64,000 nucleotides of DNA, from contig JAISPG010000042.1 of NCBI GenBank assembly GCA_031275085.1, positions 8,071 to 72,070 of the forward strand, read 5' to 3'. Origin of the DNA: Bacteroidales bacterium. GTDB lineage: Bacteria > Bacteroidota > Bacteroidia > Bacteroidales > ML635J-15. A program made the position numbers and the translations under genes. Each line of letters begins with the position of its first letter. Within the stretch, counting starts at the first letter, position 1. This document shows, piece after piece, positions 10,466 to 19,772 of this stretch. Below the pieces are notes generated by a model. It had not been told where the DNA came from. It was given only the letters and a program-made list of their open reading frames with translations, and searched no databases.

Positions 10466-11409
10466 TATATTTCTATTTTTAAAATATGCGGATTTGAAAA
10501 ATCTTCTTTTTTAAGTTTTTTACCATTATATGTTAGTGTATCACTTAACTTTAAGCTGTGTTTTTTAATTCCATTACTAAAATATAAAGTTATATTGATA
10601 TTTTCTTTTAGAAAAATATCAATATTTTCTACGTTAACAGCAATTTTAGCTTCTATCATTGTACTTATCTCCTGTTGAAATAATGGATGGTTACCCTTCT
10701 GTCCGAAAACAGCATAAGATCCGTCATGTCTGATAAACAACGATTGAAGTGGCTGAAAATTTTCTTCATATAATTTTGCAGGAAACGAAATTTCTGTTTT
10801 ATATTCTTTTTCAACAATATTTCCTGCATTACGGATCAATATTTTTGGATAAAAACTCATTGAAGAGAATTTTCCTCCACTTAAGACAGGGATCCCATTA
10901 GTATTATAAATACCCAAAAATTCAAGCTCACAAATACTTAGTTTTCCGTAAAGCATTCTTACTTCAGTTTCATCAAGAACTACAGGTTTTTTGTTCTGCC
11001 ATTTATAATATTTATTGTCGGCAAACATGTGGGGCTGGTCATTGTTTGCAGGGATAGAAAAATGAATAATTTTTGACTCACCATCTACAGGTATGGTAAA
11101 TATTTTAAGGTCTTTTACAGGTTTATCAATTTGTGATTGTATTTCATGAAACAGCCATTCTGTATTTTTATTGAAATTCCGTACAGGATCAAAACTTTCT
11201 GCTCTACCTTGTTTTTGCAGGATTCCATATATTAATTCGCCACCTCCCGAATTTGAAACAGCACAAATATTTTTGGCAAGTTTTGCCATTGCAGCAGATG
11301 ATAAATCAATTTCATTTCCTTTGAAGAAAAGTAATGAATTATGCATCCGGGTATTATTGGCAATAAGGTCTTTATAATATTCGAATGTTGTATTTTCGGT
11401 TGTTTGCAT
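10465..11409 (-). CDS. AlbA_2 (Schlafen-like divergent AAA) domain protein with an unknown C-terminal domain
   Basis: 314 aa. The N-terminal ~130 aa show the FEYYKD...LAKNICAVSNSGGGELIYGI pattern of AlbA_2 domains. I do not recognise the C-terminal half. Confidence 0.5.
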   Translation of the reverse strand: MQTTENTTFEYYKDLIANNTRMHNSLLFFKGNEIDLSSAAMAKLAKNICAVSNSGGGELIYGILQKQGRAESFDPVRNFNKNTEWLFHEIQSQIDKPVKDLKIFTIPVDGESKIIHFSIPANNDQPHMFADNKYYKWQNKKPVVLDETEVRMLYGKLSICELEFLGIYNTNGIPVLSGGKFSSMSFYPKILIRNAGNIVEKEYKTEISFPAKLYEENFQPLQSLFIRHDGSYAVFGQKGNHPLFQQEISTMIEAKIAVNVENIDIFLKENINITLYFSNGIKKHSLKLSDTLTYNGKKLKKEDFSNPHILKIEI

Positions 11410-11475
11410 TTTGCAAACTTAAAGAAAAAATAGAAATATCAGAAACTGTTTTTTTATTATCCCGTTTCTAAAACT

Positions 11476-11754
11476 TTGTTTCAAATCATTTATTATATAA
11501 TAGATATGAGATTAAAACAAGACCAATTGAAAAATAATAAAATCGATTTTGCTGCCCGGCGTGACAGAGAAACAATATATGTTCAGGTTCGTTATTTCTT
11601 AAAAGAAGAAACTATCATAGAAAGAAAATTTGGAAATTTTGAAAAAATAAAAGATAATTATCCTAAAATGGTAATATCTATGGATGAGTTTAATTATAAC
11701 AGCAAAAATGAAATTCAGCAAATTTATCTGAAAGATTTTTTGTCGGTGGAATAG
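11476..11754 (+). pseudogene. remnant of the C-terminal part of a DUF4143-type AAA ATPase gene
   Basis: The translation IDFAARRDRETIYVQVRYFLKEETIIERKFGNFEKIKDNYPKMVISMD... matches the C-terminal nuclease-like end of COG1373-type ATPases. No ATPase domain lies upstream. Confidence 0.5.
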
Positions 11755-11866
11755 TAATCTTTTCCATGAAAAGAGTAAAATAAATCTGTCATTTGAACGT
11801 TTAATTAAATTTAGAAAAGGTTTATTATTTTTGTGTTTTGATTTTAACAATAAATAAATAGAAATT

Positions 11867-12430
11867 ATGTCAACATCTCTTTGGATAATTATTGGAATTG
11901 TATTTTTGTTGATTATTATGGTAGTATCAATGTATAATACATTGGTAAAATTGAGAAACAATCGCGAAAATGCATTTGCGGATATTGATGTTCAGTTAAA
12001 ACAACGTCATGATCTTATTCCGCAATTGGTAGAAACAGTTAAAGGTTATGCAGCTCATGAAAAAGAAACTCTCGACAGAGTAATAAGTGCACGTAACGGA
12101 GCAATGAATGCTGCAAGTATAGATGATAAAATTGTAGCTGAAACTAAATTAACATCTGCACTTGCAGGATTAAAAGTAACATTGGAAGCCTATCCTGACT
12201 TAAAAGCAAATCAGAATTTTTTGCATCTTCAGGAAGAGATTTCTGATATTGAAAATAAATTATCGGCAGTAAGGCGTTACTTTAATTCTGCAACAAAAGA
12301 GTATAATAATAAGGTACAAACCTTTCCGTCTAACCTGATAGCAGGAATGTTCGGATTTAAAAAAGAAATATTCTTTGATCTTGGCGAACAAAGAGCAAAT
12401 TTAGAAGAAGCTCCAAAAATTAAATTTTAG
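11867..12430 (+). CDS. lemA: LemA family protein
   Basis: 187 aa with an N-terminal TM helix and LemA-like sequence (YNTLVKLRN...AYPDLKANQNF). Confidence 0.85.
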   Translation: MSTSLWIIIGIVFLLIIMVVSMYNTLVKLRNNRENAFADIDVQLKQRHDLIPQLVETVKGYAAHEKETLDRVISARNGAMNAASIDDKIVAETKLTSALAGLKVTLEAYPDLKANQNFLHLQEEISDIENKLSAVRRYFNSATKEYNNKVQTFPSNLIAGMFGFKKEIFFDLGEQRANLEEAPKIKF

Positions 12431-12433
12431 TTG

Positions 12434-13396
12434 ATGAAATATATAGGACTTCATGAACAGCAGCGAAGGAATAATTTTCGTTCTATTCTGTTGTTATTTC
12501 TTTTTCCTTGTTTGGTTGTAGGATTACTATTTTTGTTTTGTTATTTGCTTGTAATATTTTCAAGTGACGGACAGGCAAATATAAATATAACCCAAACAGC
12601 TGTTGATATTTTTGTAGAAATAGCTCCATATGCATTGATTGCTGTTTTTATATGGTTTATTATTGCATATTTTGCCAACACCAGTATAATTAATTCGGCT
12701 ACCGGTTCAAAACCTTTGGAACGTAAAGAAAATAAACGCGTTTATAACCTTGTTGAAAATCTTTGCATGTCACAGGGAATGAAAATGCCTAAAGTAAATG
12801 TTATAGAAGAAGATTCATTGAATGCTTATGCAAGTGGAATAAATGACAGAACATATACTGTAACTTTAACACGTGGCATTATTGATAAACTTGACGATCA
12901 GGAGCTTGAAGGAGTTATTGCGCATGAATTGTCACATATACGTAATCGGGATGTCCGCCTACTTATAGTGTCTATAGTTTTTGTAGGTATTTTTTCCATG
13001 ATAGCTGAAATAGCAATGAGATCGGCAATATATTCGGGAAACTCCAGAAAAAGTAATGACAATAAGGGAAATGCTGTGATTATTATTCTAATAGTGCTTT
13101 TGGCAATTATTGGTTATATATTTTCTCTTTTGATGCGTTTTGCTATTTCCAGAAAACGTGAATATCTTGCAGATGCAGGAGCTGCTCAAATGACAAAAAA
13201 TCCTATGGCTTTGGCAAGTGCATTGAGTAAAATTTCTGCTGACCCGGAAGTTGAAGCATTAAATCGTGATGATATAGCCCAATTATTTATAGATCATCCA
13301 AAGAAAAAAGAGAAAAATGTTTTCAGTGGATTAGTAGGCTTATTTGCAACTCATCCGCCAATTGAAAAAAGGATTAAAATATTGGAACAATTCTAG
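12434..13396 (+). CDS. M48-family (HtpX-like) zinc metalloprotease
   Basis: It has the HELSH zinc motif and multiple TM helices. The track starts at TTG 12431, but the ATG at 12434, directly after the lemA stop, is the more likely start. Confidence 0.8.
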   Translation: MKYIGLHEQQRRNNFRSILLLFLFPCLVVGLLFLFCYLLVIFSSDGQANINITQTAVDIFVEIAPYALIAVFIWFIIAYFANTSIINSATGSKPLERKENKRVYNLVENLCMSQGMKMPKVNVIEEDSLNAYASGINDRTYTVTLTRGIIDKLDDQELEGVIAHELSHIRNRDVRLLIVSIVFVGIFSMIAEIAMRSAIYSGNSRKSNDNKGNAVIIILIVLLAIIGYIFSLLMRFAISRKREYLADAGAAQMTKNPMALASALSKISADPEVEALNRDDIAQLFIDHPKKKEKNVFSGLVGLFATHPPIEKRIKILEQF

Positions 13397-13426
13397 AAGG
13401 ACCTCTTTAAGTTGTATATTTTCTGA

Positions 13427-14041
13427 TTATTTCTGAGTAAGTTGTTGAAAATATTCTTCTTTAATACGTGCGGCAAATAAATATCTTGATTTCCAGTATT
13501 CATATTGTTCAAAATCATTGATAATTACACCTTTACTGGTACTTGAATGTATCATTTTAAATCCGTCTTTTGTTTTTTCTGTAACAAGGGCAACGTGACC
13601 TATACTGTTGGAACTAAGATTACGTCCCTTAAAGAAAACCAGGTCTCCTGGCTGTACATTATCCTTATCGACTTTATTTGAAATTTTTACCATGTCATCA
13701 ATGGTTCTGGGCATGTTAACATTATTATTCTGAAAAATGTACATAATAAAACCACTGCAATCAAAACCGGAAGGACTTGTTCCTCCGTATTTATAAGGAG
13801 TACCTATAAAGTTTTCTGCAAAATCAATTATATCGTTTATCTGTGTGTTTCTTTTGGTTGGAACTTCAACTGTAGCAGGTATTGTTTTCTCAGGTTTTAC
13901 TGAAGGTTTAGGTTTTGATACTGTAGCAGGGGATTCTTCAAAATCTACTGAATAATAAACGTCTTCGGAAATATATGATCGTTTGGTACAAGACACTACA
14001 AGCATTCCTATTAAAAAATAAAATAAAGCTCTTTTTTTCAT
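13427..14041 (-). CDS. C40 (NlpC/P60) family peptidase lipoprotein
   Basis: 204 aa with a lipobox (VVSC), the catalytic Cys motif FDCSGF, and the His of the NlpC/P60 fold (IGHVALV). Confidence 0.85.
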   Translation of the reverse strand: MKKRALFYFLIGMLVVSCTKRSYISEDVYYSVDFEESPATVSKPKPSVKPEKTIPATVEVPTKRNTQINDIIDFAENFIGTPYKYGGTSPSGFDCSGFIMYIFQNNNVNMPRTIDDMVKISNKVDKDNVQPGDLVFFKGRNLSSNSIGHVALVTEKTKDGFKMIHSSTSKGVIINDFEQYEYWKSRYLFAARIKEEYFQQLTQK

Positions 14042-14220
14042 AAATTTTATTATTTTAACCTATAAAAATACATTTGTAATTAATATATAAATAAGTAAAA
14101 ATAATTTTTTTATTATCAATTAACTGTTGAAAAGATTTTAGCTTTATAAAATAATAGATTAAAGAATCAAGAATATAATGGATTAAGCTGTAGTTGATTT
14201 AGCGGTGATTACTGGACTGT

Positions 14221-14290
14221 TTCCTGAGTGGCGGTTGATGAGCGCCGGCTACTGAGCGGAGCCGAAGTAAGCCGAAGTAAGTCGAACCCA
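14221..14290. repeat. GC-rich low-complexity repeat patch (TGAGYGG / GCCGAAGTAA units)
   Basis: The patch reads tgagtggcgg, tgagcgccgg, tgagcggagc, then gccgaagtaa x2 and gtcgaaccc. It contains the 14-mer TGAGCGGAGCCGAA (14253-14266), which recurs at 42061-42074. Confidence 0.7.
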
Positions 14291-14352
14291 AAAAACTAGA
14301 ATTAGGTACTTTTAACTAAAAAAACTATTTTTGTAGGACAAACGGATTTAAA

Positions 14353-15231
14353 ATGAAGAAATTTTTTGAATATGCAGGATTCAGATTATTAGTAGGAATA
14401 TTCTATATAATTCCGTTCCCTGTACTTTATATAATTTCGGATTTTGTTTATTTTATGATTTATAAAGTGATAAAATACAGGAGACCTGTTGTATATGATA
14501 ATCTGAAACAGTCTTTTCCTGAAAAAACTGAAGAAGAAATTAATAAACTATCTAAAGCATTTTATCACCATCTTGCAGATATAACACTGGAATCCTTAAA
14601 AGGAATGACTATTTCATTAAAGAGTCTGAAAAAACGTTATGAAATATTGAATACCGGAGTTGCGAACGAATATTTTAATGAAAATAAATCAATTTTATGT
14701 TTTACAAGTCATTATGGTAACTGGGAATATGGCATTTTGGCAACTGATAATGCAATAAAACATCAGGCTGTTGCACTTTATCTGCCTTTGACAAATAAGT
14801 ACAGTGAAAAATACGGACTAAAAAGAAGGGGTCGTTTTGGCACATGGATGGTAGCTGTTCAGGATACGAAAAAGGTTTTTTCCGAATCGTATGAGAGTCC
14901 GCTTGCAATAATACTTGCAGCTGACCAGAATCCTTCAAATCCTGAAAGATCCATATGGGTCAGGTTTTTGAACAGGGATACGGCATGTCTTCATGGTCCT
15001 GAAGCTTATGCAAAAAAAACTAATTTTCCAGTGGTATATTTGAAGATATCAAAACCTAAAAGAGGTTATTATACACTTGAAATAGAAAAACTTATAGATA
15101 ATCCGTCGGAATATGCTCCCGGGGAAATAACTCAGATTTACATGAATAAACTTGAGAAAGATATTTTAAGAAAACCGGAATATTGGTTATGGTCGCACAG
15201 AAGATGGAAACATTCACGAAATATTAATTAA
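14353..15231 (+). CDS. lysophospholipid / lipid A (LpxL-HtrB type) acyltransferase
   Basis: 292 aa with an N-terminal TM helix and an HYGNWE (HX4E/D) acyltransferase motif. Confidence 0.75.
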   Translation: MKKFFEYAGFRLLVGIFYIIPFPVLYIISDFVYFMIYKVIKYRRPVVYDNLKQSFPEKTEEEINKLSKAFYHHLADITLESLKGMTISLKSLKKRYEILNTGVANEYFNENKSILCFTSHYGNWEYGILATDNAIKHQAVALYLPLTNKYSEKYGLKRRGRFGTWMVAVQDTKKVFSESYESPLAIILAADQNPSNPERSIWVRFLNRDTACLHGPEAYAKKTNFPVVYLKISKPKRGYYTLEIEKLIDNPSEYAPGEITQIYMNKLEKDILRKPEYWLWSHRRWKHSRNIN

Positions 15232-15238
15232 AACAGCT

Positions 15239-15874
15239 ATGACAAAAATAAAACATTTTGTTTTCAATGCTTTTCAGGTAAATGCGTTTGTCATTTATGA
15301 CGACACCAAAAAAGCTGTCATTATAGATGGAGCGGCAAATTCAGAAAGAGAATTAAATGAACTTTTAGGTTTTATTAAAAATAATGAACTGGAGCCTGAG
15401 TATATAATAAGTACTCATGGGCATTTGGATCATATTTGTGGCAATTTTGATCTTAAATCAGAATTTAATATTCCGGTTTTAATGAATAATTGTGATGATC
15501 TTTGGGTCGAAAGGGCGATGGATCAGGCTGCACTATATAGTTTCGACATGAAAAAACCTCCGATGGCAGATAAAAATATCGAAGATGGAGAGATAATAAA
15601 GTTTGGAAATTCAGAATTAATTGCTCTTCATATTCCTGGTCATAGTCCCGGTAGTATAGCTTTTTATGATAAAGAAGGAGGCTATATTATTGCCGGAGAT
15701 ACTTTATTTCAACACAGTATAGGTAGAACAGATTTTCCAATGGGAAATCATGAAGACTTGATTAATAGTATTAAAAATAAATTATTTATATTACCTGATG
15801 ATACTTTGATTTTACCGGGACATGGACCGGATACTACAATAAGAGAAGAGAAAAAATGTAATCCTTTTTTTTAA
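15239..15874 (+). CDS. MBL-fold metallo-hydrolase (glyoxalase II-like)
   Basis: 211 aa with the THGHLDH metal-binding motif and downstream His/Asp ligands. Confidence 0.85.
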   Translation: MTKIKHFVFNAFQVNAFVIYDDTKKAVIIDGAANSERELNELLGFIKNNELEPEYIISTHGHLDHICGNFDLKSEFNIPVLMNNCDDLWVERAMDQAALYSFDMKKPPMADKNIEDGEIIKFGNSELIALHIPGHSPGSIAFYDKEGGYIIAGDTLFQHSIGRTDFPMGNHEDLINSIKNKLFILPDDTLILPGHGPDTTIREEKKCNPFF

Positions 15875-15931
15875 GAAAGAATTTACAAATTGAAATTATT
15901 TTAAAAATCTACTGAACTATTTTCGACTCTG

Positions 15932-17239
15932 TTAGTCTTCCGTAGCAGCTTTTAATATTTCTTCATATACTTTATTCCACCCTTGCCATTGCCCGTATTC
16001 GGAAAGAGATTCGTTATGCCATAAAGTTATCAAAGTCCCTCCGTATTCTTTAGTATAATTTATTATTCCAAGGCATTCCTTGATTGCATTCTCAATTGTA
16101 AGTTTTTGATATTTAAGTAAACTTACATCCATTATCATTGTGGGATAAAGCCATAGGTCGGTTCGTTCATTGGTTGATAGATCAAAAAAGGGAACCGGTA
16201 CTGTTGTGCCAAGCCGGAATCCAGGAAGATCAGGGTATAACATTGAAAAATCACGTTTAATCCCTAATTTTATAAGATTTTGATATGTTTTAGGGAATGA
16301 AACAAATACATAATGCTGCCTGGAAGAAAAAATGTCATTATTTGTGATATTCTTTAATATTTTTAATTCTTTTTTCCATGATTTACGATTTTTGTTACCT
16401 TTATAAGAAGGATGTAAACCTATTGTATAATCATCTTTTGAAAGATTATGTATAAGTTTTTTCATGGATTTGTTCCGTGGAGAAATATTTTTGTCCAAAC
16501 GACTGTATTTTCCTACCAAAAAGAAGTAAGAAGGTTTCAGATCATATTTTTTATGCAATTCGTTTATTTTATCGAAACAAAACCAGGGATCTGCTTCCCG
16601 TCTTGATACGACTCTTATTCTTTTAGTTACATTCTTAAAATTATTTTTAAAAATGTCTTTTAACAAGCCTCCGGCATTTCGGATAAACCCTTTATGGCGG
16701 AACATGAACGCACTGTCAACATCAATACTTGGGATATATTTGAAGGACGGCTTGTCGAAAGTAAGGTCCGGATAGAGTTTTTGGAGTTCGTCAACATAAA
16801 GTTTTATCCAAATATTTACTATAGGTTTATTTAGGATATCTATTTTATTTCCTATACTCATTTTGGAAAAAAAACGGTGATCTACATCTTCAGAATAATA
16901 ATTATATTCTTCCATGCGTGTTACATACCAAAAAACCGAGGCAAATAAATCAAAAGGCGGAAGCATATTTGATTCGGTAGGGAATAAAGTAATAATATCA
17001 TTAAAGACAGACCGTCCCGGAGATCCTATTATACTGGAATCCAGCATCATTTTGTCAGCAACAATTCCCGGTTTTTCGGAAACCTTTTCTTTTGCATACC
17101 AGAAACAAGGGGCATCTGATTTTTCAAATTCAACTAAGTCTGTAGTAATTTTATAGGTTGTTTTGTATATATGTTTGAAACAAACTTCCGCTGCAAACTT
17201 AATTCTTGAATTTCTATCAGGTATGTATAATAATAACAT
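15932..17239 (-). CDS. polysaccharide deacetylase-like protein (DUF7033-type N-terminus)
   Basis: 435 aa. The N-terminus (MLLLYIPDRNSRIKFAAEVCFKHIY) resembles a conserved Bacteroidota family annotated this way. This is recalled, not verified. Confidence 0.4.
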   Translation of the reverse strand: MLLLYIPDRNSRIKFAAEVCFKHIYKTTYKITTDLVEFEKSDAPCFWYAKEKVSEKPGIVADKMMLDSSIIGSPGRSVFNDIITLFPTESNMLPPFDLFASVFWYVTRMEEYNYYSEDVDHRFFSKMSIGNKIDILNKPIVNIWIKLYVDELQKLYPDLTFDKPSFKYIPSIDVDSAFMFRHKGFIRNAGGLLKDIFKNNFKNVTKRIRVVSRREADPWFCFDKINELHKKYDLKPSYFFLVGKYSRLDKNISPRNKSMKKLIHNLSKDDYTIGLHPSYKGNKNRKSWKKELKILKNITNNDIFSSRQHYVFVSFPKTYQNLIKLGIKRDFSMLYPDLPGFRLGTTVPVPFFDLSTNERTDLWLYPTMIMDVSLLKYQKLTIENAIKECLGIINYTKEYGGTLITLWHNESLSEYGQWQGWNKVYEEILKAATED

Positions 17240-17280
17240 ATTTCAAATTTAATTATGCAACATTAAAAAAATTAAATATT

Positions 17281-17310
17281 TAGGCATACTTTAAATTTAA
17301 AGCATGCCTA
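17281..17310 (-). terminator. hairpin terminator after the aminopeptidase gene
   Basis: TAGGCATAC and GCATGCCTA form an inverted repeat just downstream of the stop at 17317. The minus-strand flank is T-rich. Confidence 0.55.
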
Positions 17311-17316
17311 TTATCT

Positions 17317-18705
17317 TTAGTTCATGAAATCTTCAATTTCTTCTATAGTTATAGGAATTCTGGTTTTCCCCAGAATCCTGGAACTGTTCTTGGTAATTAG
17401 AATATCATCTTCAAGTCTGATACCTCCAAAATAACGATATTCTTCAACTTTCTGGTAATTAATAAAATTTTCAAACTTCTTTTCTTTTTTCCAGATATCA
17501 ATTAGTTCAGGTATGAAATAAATTCCGGGTTCATTTGTAATTACGTATCCTTCTTTTAGTTCACGCCCCATCCTTAATGAGGAAGTACCAAAAATATTGC
17601 TTGGACGAGTGTTTTCATCATACCCTACATATATCTGTCCCAGGTCTTCCATATCGTGAACATCTAATCCCATCATGTGACCAAGTCCGTGTGGCATAAA
17701 CATGGCATGTGCTCCCAACCTGACGGCTTCTTTGATATCACCTTTCATAATCCCAAGATTTTTCAACCCGTTTGCAAGTATTTCACAAGCGCTCAAATGA
17801 ACATCCATATAAGTGATTCCAGGTTTTATTAGAGGAATGGAACCATTAATTGTTTGTAGTACGATTTCATAAATTTCTTTTTGCTTTTGTGAAAATTTAC
17901 CGCCAACAGGTAATGTTCGCGTATTATCTGATGCATAATACATTGCTGTTTGGGCTCCGGCATCCTGTAACATCAGGTCTCCTTTTTCCAGAACATTGCC
18001 ATGATAATTATTGTGTAAAGTTTGTCCGTTTTTCGTTAAAATTATAGGAAACGAAGGAACTGAACCGTATGTTAGACTTATTCCTTCCATTATTCCTGAA
18101 ATTTCTCTTTCAACCATTCCGGGTTTTACCATTCTCATAGAAGCAGTATGCATAAGGAAACCTATATGGCAGGCCCTTTCTATTTCTTCTATTTCCCTTT
18201 CTTCTTTTACACTTCTTATTTCTACGATAGCTTTTATGAATTCTACAGATGCTTCTTCTTTCATTTTAGTGAAAGGAATCCCTAAAACACTGTTAAGGTA
18301 TATGATATTGTCATGTTTGTAAGGAGGGAGGAAATGTATTTTACGTCCTTTTTTTATGGCATTTTGTAAATAATCGTTTAGTTTTGCAAACGGATATGAT
18401 TCGAATATAAGACATTTTTCAGCCAATTCCTTAACGCTTGGTTGAGGTCCCATCCAAATAATGTCATCCATGTCCACATCATTTGCAAATATTATTTCTT
18501 TATTATCTTCTATATCAATAATTGCCGCCATTCCTGCAATATCCAGCCCAAAAAAGTATAAAAAATTACTGTCTTGTCTGAAATGATAACAATTTGCAGG
18601 ATAATTCATAGGAGTTTCATTATTTCCTAAGAATAAGTAAATACCGCTTCCCAGAGACTTTTTTAATTTGTCCCTTCTTTCTTTATAAACTTCCGGATTA
18701 AACAT
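17317..18705 (-). CDS. Xaa-Pro aminopeptidase (M24B, aminopeptidase P family)
   Basis: 462 aa with the M24 pita-bread metal ligands (DAGA..., HGLGHMMGLDVHD, NEPGIY, RLEDD). Confidence 0.85.
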   Translation of the reverse strand: MFNPEVYKERRDKLKKSLGSGIYLFLGNNETPMNYPANCYHFRQDSNFLYFFGLDIAGMAAIIDIEDNKEIIFANDVDMDDIIWMGPQPSVKELAEKCLIFESYPFAKLNDYLQNAIKKGRKIHFLPPYKHDNIIYLNSVLGIPFTKMKEEASVEFIKAIVEIRSVKEEREIEEIERACHIGFLMHTASMRMVKPGMVEREISGIMEGISLTYGSVPSFPIILTKNGQTLHNNYHGNVLEKGDLMLQDAGAQTAMYYASDNTRTLPVGGKFSQKQKEIYEIVLQTINGSIPLIKPGITYMDVHLSACEILANGLKNLGIMKGDIKEAVRLGAHAMFMPHGLGHMMGLDVHDMEDLGQIYVGYDENTRPSNIFGTSSLRMGRELKEGYVITNEPGIYFIPELIDIWKKEKKFENFINYQKVEEYRYFGGIRLEDDILITKNSSRILGKTRIPITIEEIEDFMN

Positions 18706-18888
18706 AATTCAATAAATTTAATATTTAAATCATAAAGATAGATAAATTATTGATTTTTTTCATAAGCAGCAAAAAAAATAGAAAATAAATTTTATGGAAA
18801 AATACAATTTATCGTATCAAAATTATAAATAAAAAGTTTTGCAAAACGATTTAAGTAAATTAATTACAAACCTTTAAAAATTAAAGTT

Positions 18889-19587
18889 ATGAAACCAAAA
18901 AAAACATCTAAAGCAAATCTCAGCAGAAAGAGAATGCTTTTTTTAGAATTGGGTTTGGTAGTGTCGTTAGCAATGTGTTTATGGGCTTTTGAGTATTCTG
19001 TTGAAGATATTTCGATAAATGCTATGGGAGCAATGTCTAATAATGGGTTCATTGAACCTGATATGCCGGTTATTGACCTTACTGAACCGGAACCGGAGCC
19101 AGAACCGGAAACCAAACCGGAATTAATTATTGAAGAATTTAACGTGAAAGATGATAATGAAGAAGTTGGGGATATTGATTTCAAACCTACTGATGCTGAT
19201 GAAAAAACAAAAACAAATGTAAAAATTGTTGATTCTTCTTTTGAAATGCCGGAAGAAAAAGAAATAGATCCCATAATATGGGAACTTGTAGAAGATAAAC
19301 CGGAATTTCCCGGAGGAGAAACTGCTCTTTTTAAATTTATCAGGGATAATACTAAATATCCGGAACGTGCAAAGAGTATAGGAATTGAAGGTAGGGTATA
19401 TATAGAATTTGTTATTGATAAAGACGGAAAAGTTTCTAATATTAAGGTAGCTCATGGTGTTGATGAATTATTGGATTCTGAAGCCATAAGGGTTGTGAGT
19501 AAAATGCCGGATTGGAAACCGGGAAAACAAAGAGGAAAAGCAGTTCCTGTAAAGTATATAGTCCCTTTTAGATTTAAATTATCATAA
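18889..19587 (+). CDS. energy transducer TonB-family protein (paralogue 1)
   Basis: 232 aa with an N-terminal TM anchor, a Pro-Glu spacer (PEPEPEPETKPE, DNA 19084-19122) and a C-terminal TonB domain (PEFPGGETALFKFI...GRVYIEFVIDKDGKV). Confidence 0.85.
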   Translation: MKPKKTSKANLSRKRMLFLELGLVVSLAMCLWAFEYSVEDISINAMGAMSNNGFIEPDMPVIDLTEPEPEPEPETKPELIIEEFNVKDDNEEVGDIDFKPTDADEKTKTNVKIVDSSFEMPEEKEIDPIIWELVEDKPEFPGGETALFKFIRDNTKYPERAKSIGIEGRVYIEFVIDKDGKVSNIKVAHGVDELLDSEAIRVVSKMPDWKPGKQRGKAVPVKYIVPFRFKLS

Positions 19588-19598
19588 ATAAAATATTA

Positions 19599-19645
19599 TT
19601 CCCGGATTTTAAGTGTCCTGATCACTTAAAATCCGGGAATTTTTA
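19599..19645 (+). terminator. strong rho-independent terminator after tonB paralogue 1
   Basis: A 17-bp perfect stem, TTCCCGGATTTTAAGTG (19599-19615) with CACTTAAAATCCGGGAA (19623-19639), is followed by a T run. Confidence 0.9.
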
Positions 19646-19772
19646 AAAAAGTAAAAAAAAGTAAAAAAAATTTATGGAATAAAAATGAAAAATGTATCAA
19701 ACAAAAAAACAATTAATATTTTGCAGGATAATTTAAAAAAATATAATTTTACGAACTTAAAATAAAAGTATT

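Noticed and set aside
11599-11961. A 120-aa minus-strand ORF spans the ATPase remnant and the lemA start.
   Set aside because: It is low-complexity and I/F/K-rich, typical of AT-rich antisense translation. It conflicts with the well-supported lemA start.
14150-14352. The GC-rich 14.2-kb intergenic patch could be a structured ncRNA gene such as SRP RNA, tmRNA or a riboswitch.
   Set aside because: I could not find the conserved SRP, tmRNA or RNase P motifs, or a convincing multi-stem fold. The flanking genes are not typical riboswitch targets. It is kept only as a repeat observation.
18864-19274. A 136-aa antisense ORF, rich in Ser/Gly (SGSGSGSGS), lies opposite tonB paralogue 1. A similar one lies at 19922-20131 opposite paralogue 2.
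   Set aside because: These are artefacts of reading the (CCGGAA)n Pro-Glu repeat on the opposite strand, and the TonB frames explain the sequence. The many other antisense or nested ORFs in the track were dismissed for the same reason. Examples lie inside ftsH (26231-28402), the FtsX genes, thyA (60110-60307) and the ABC-F gene.
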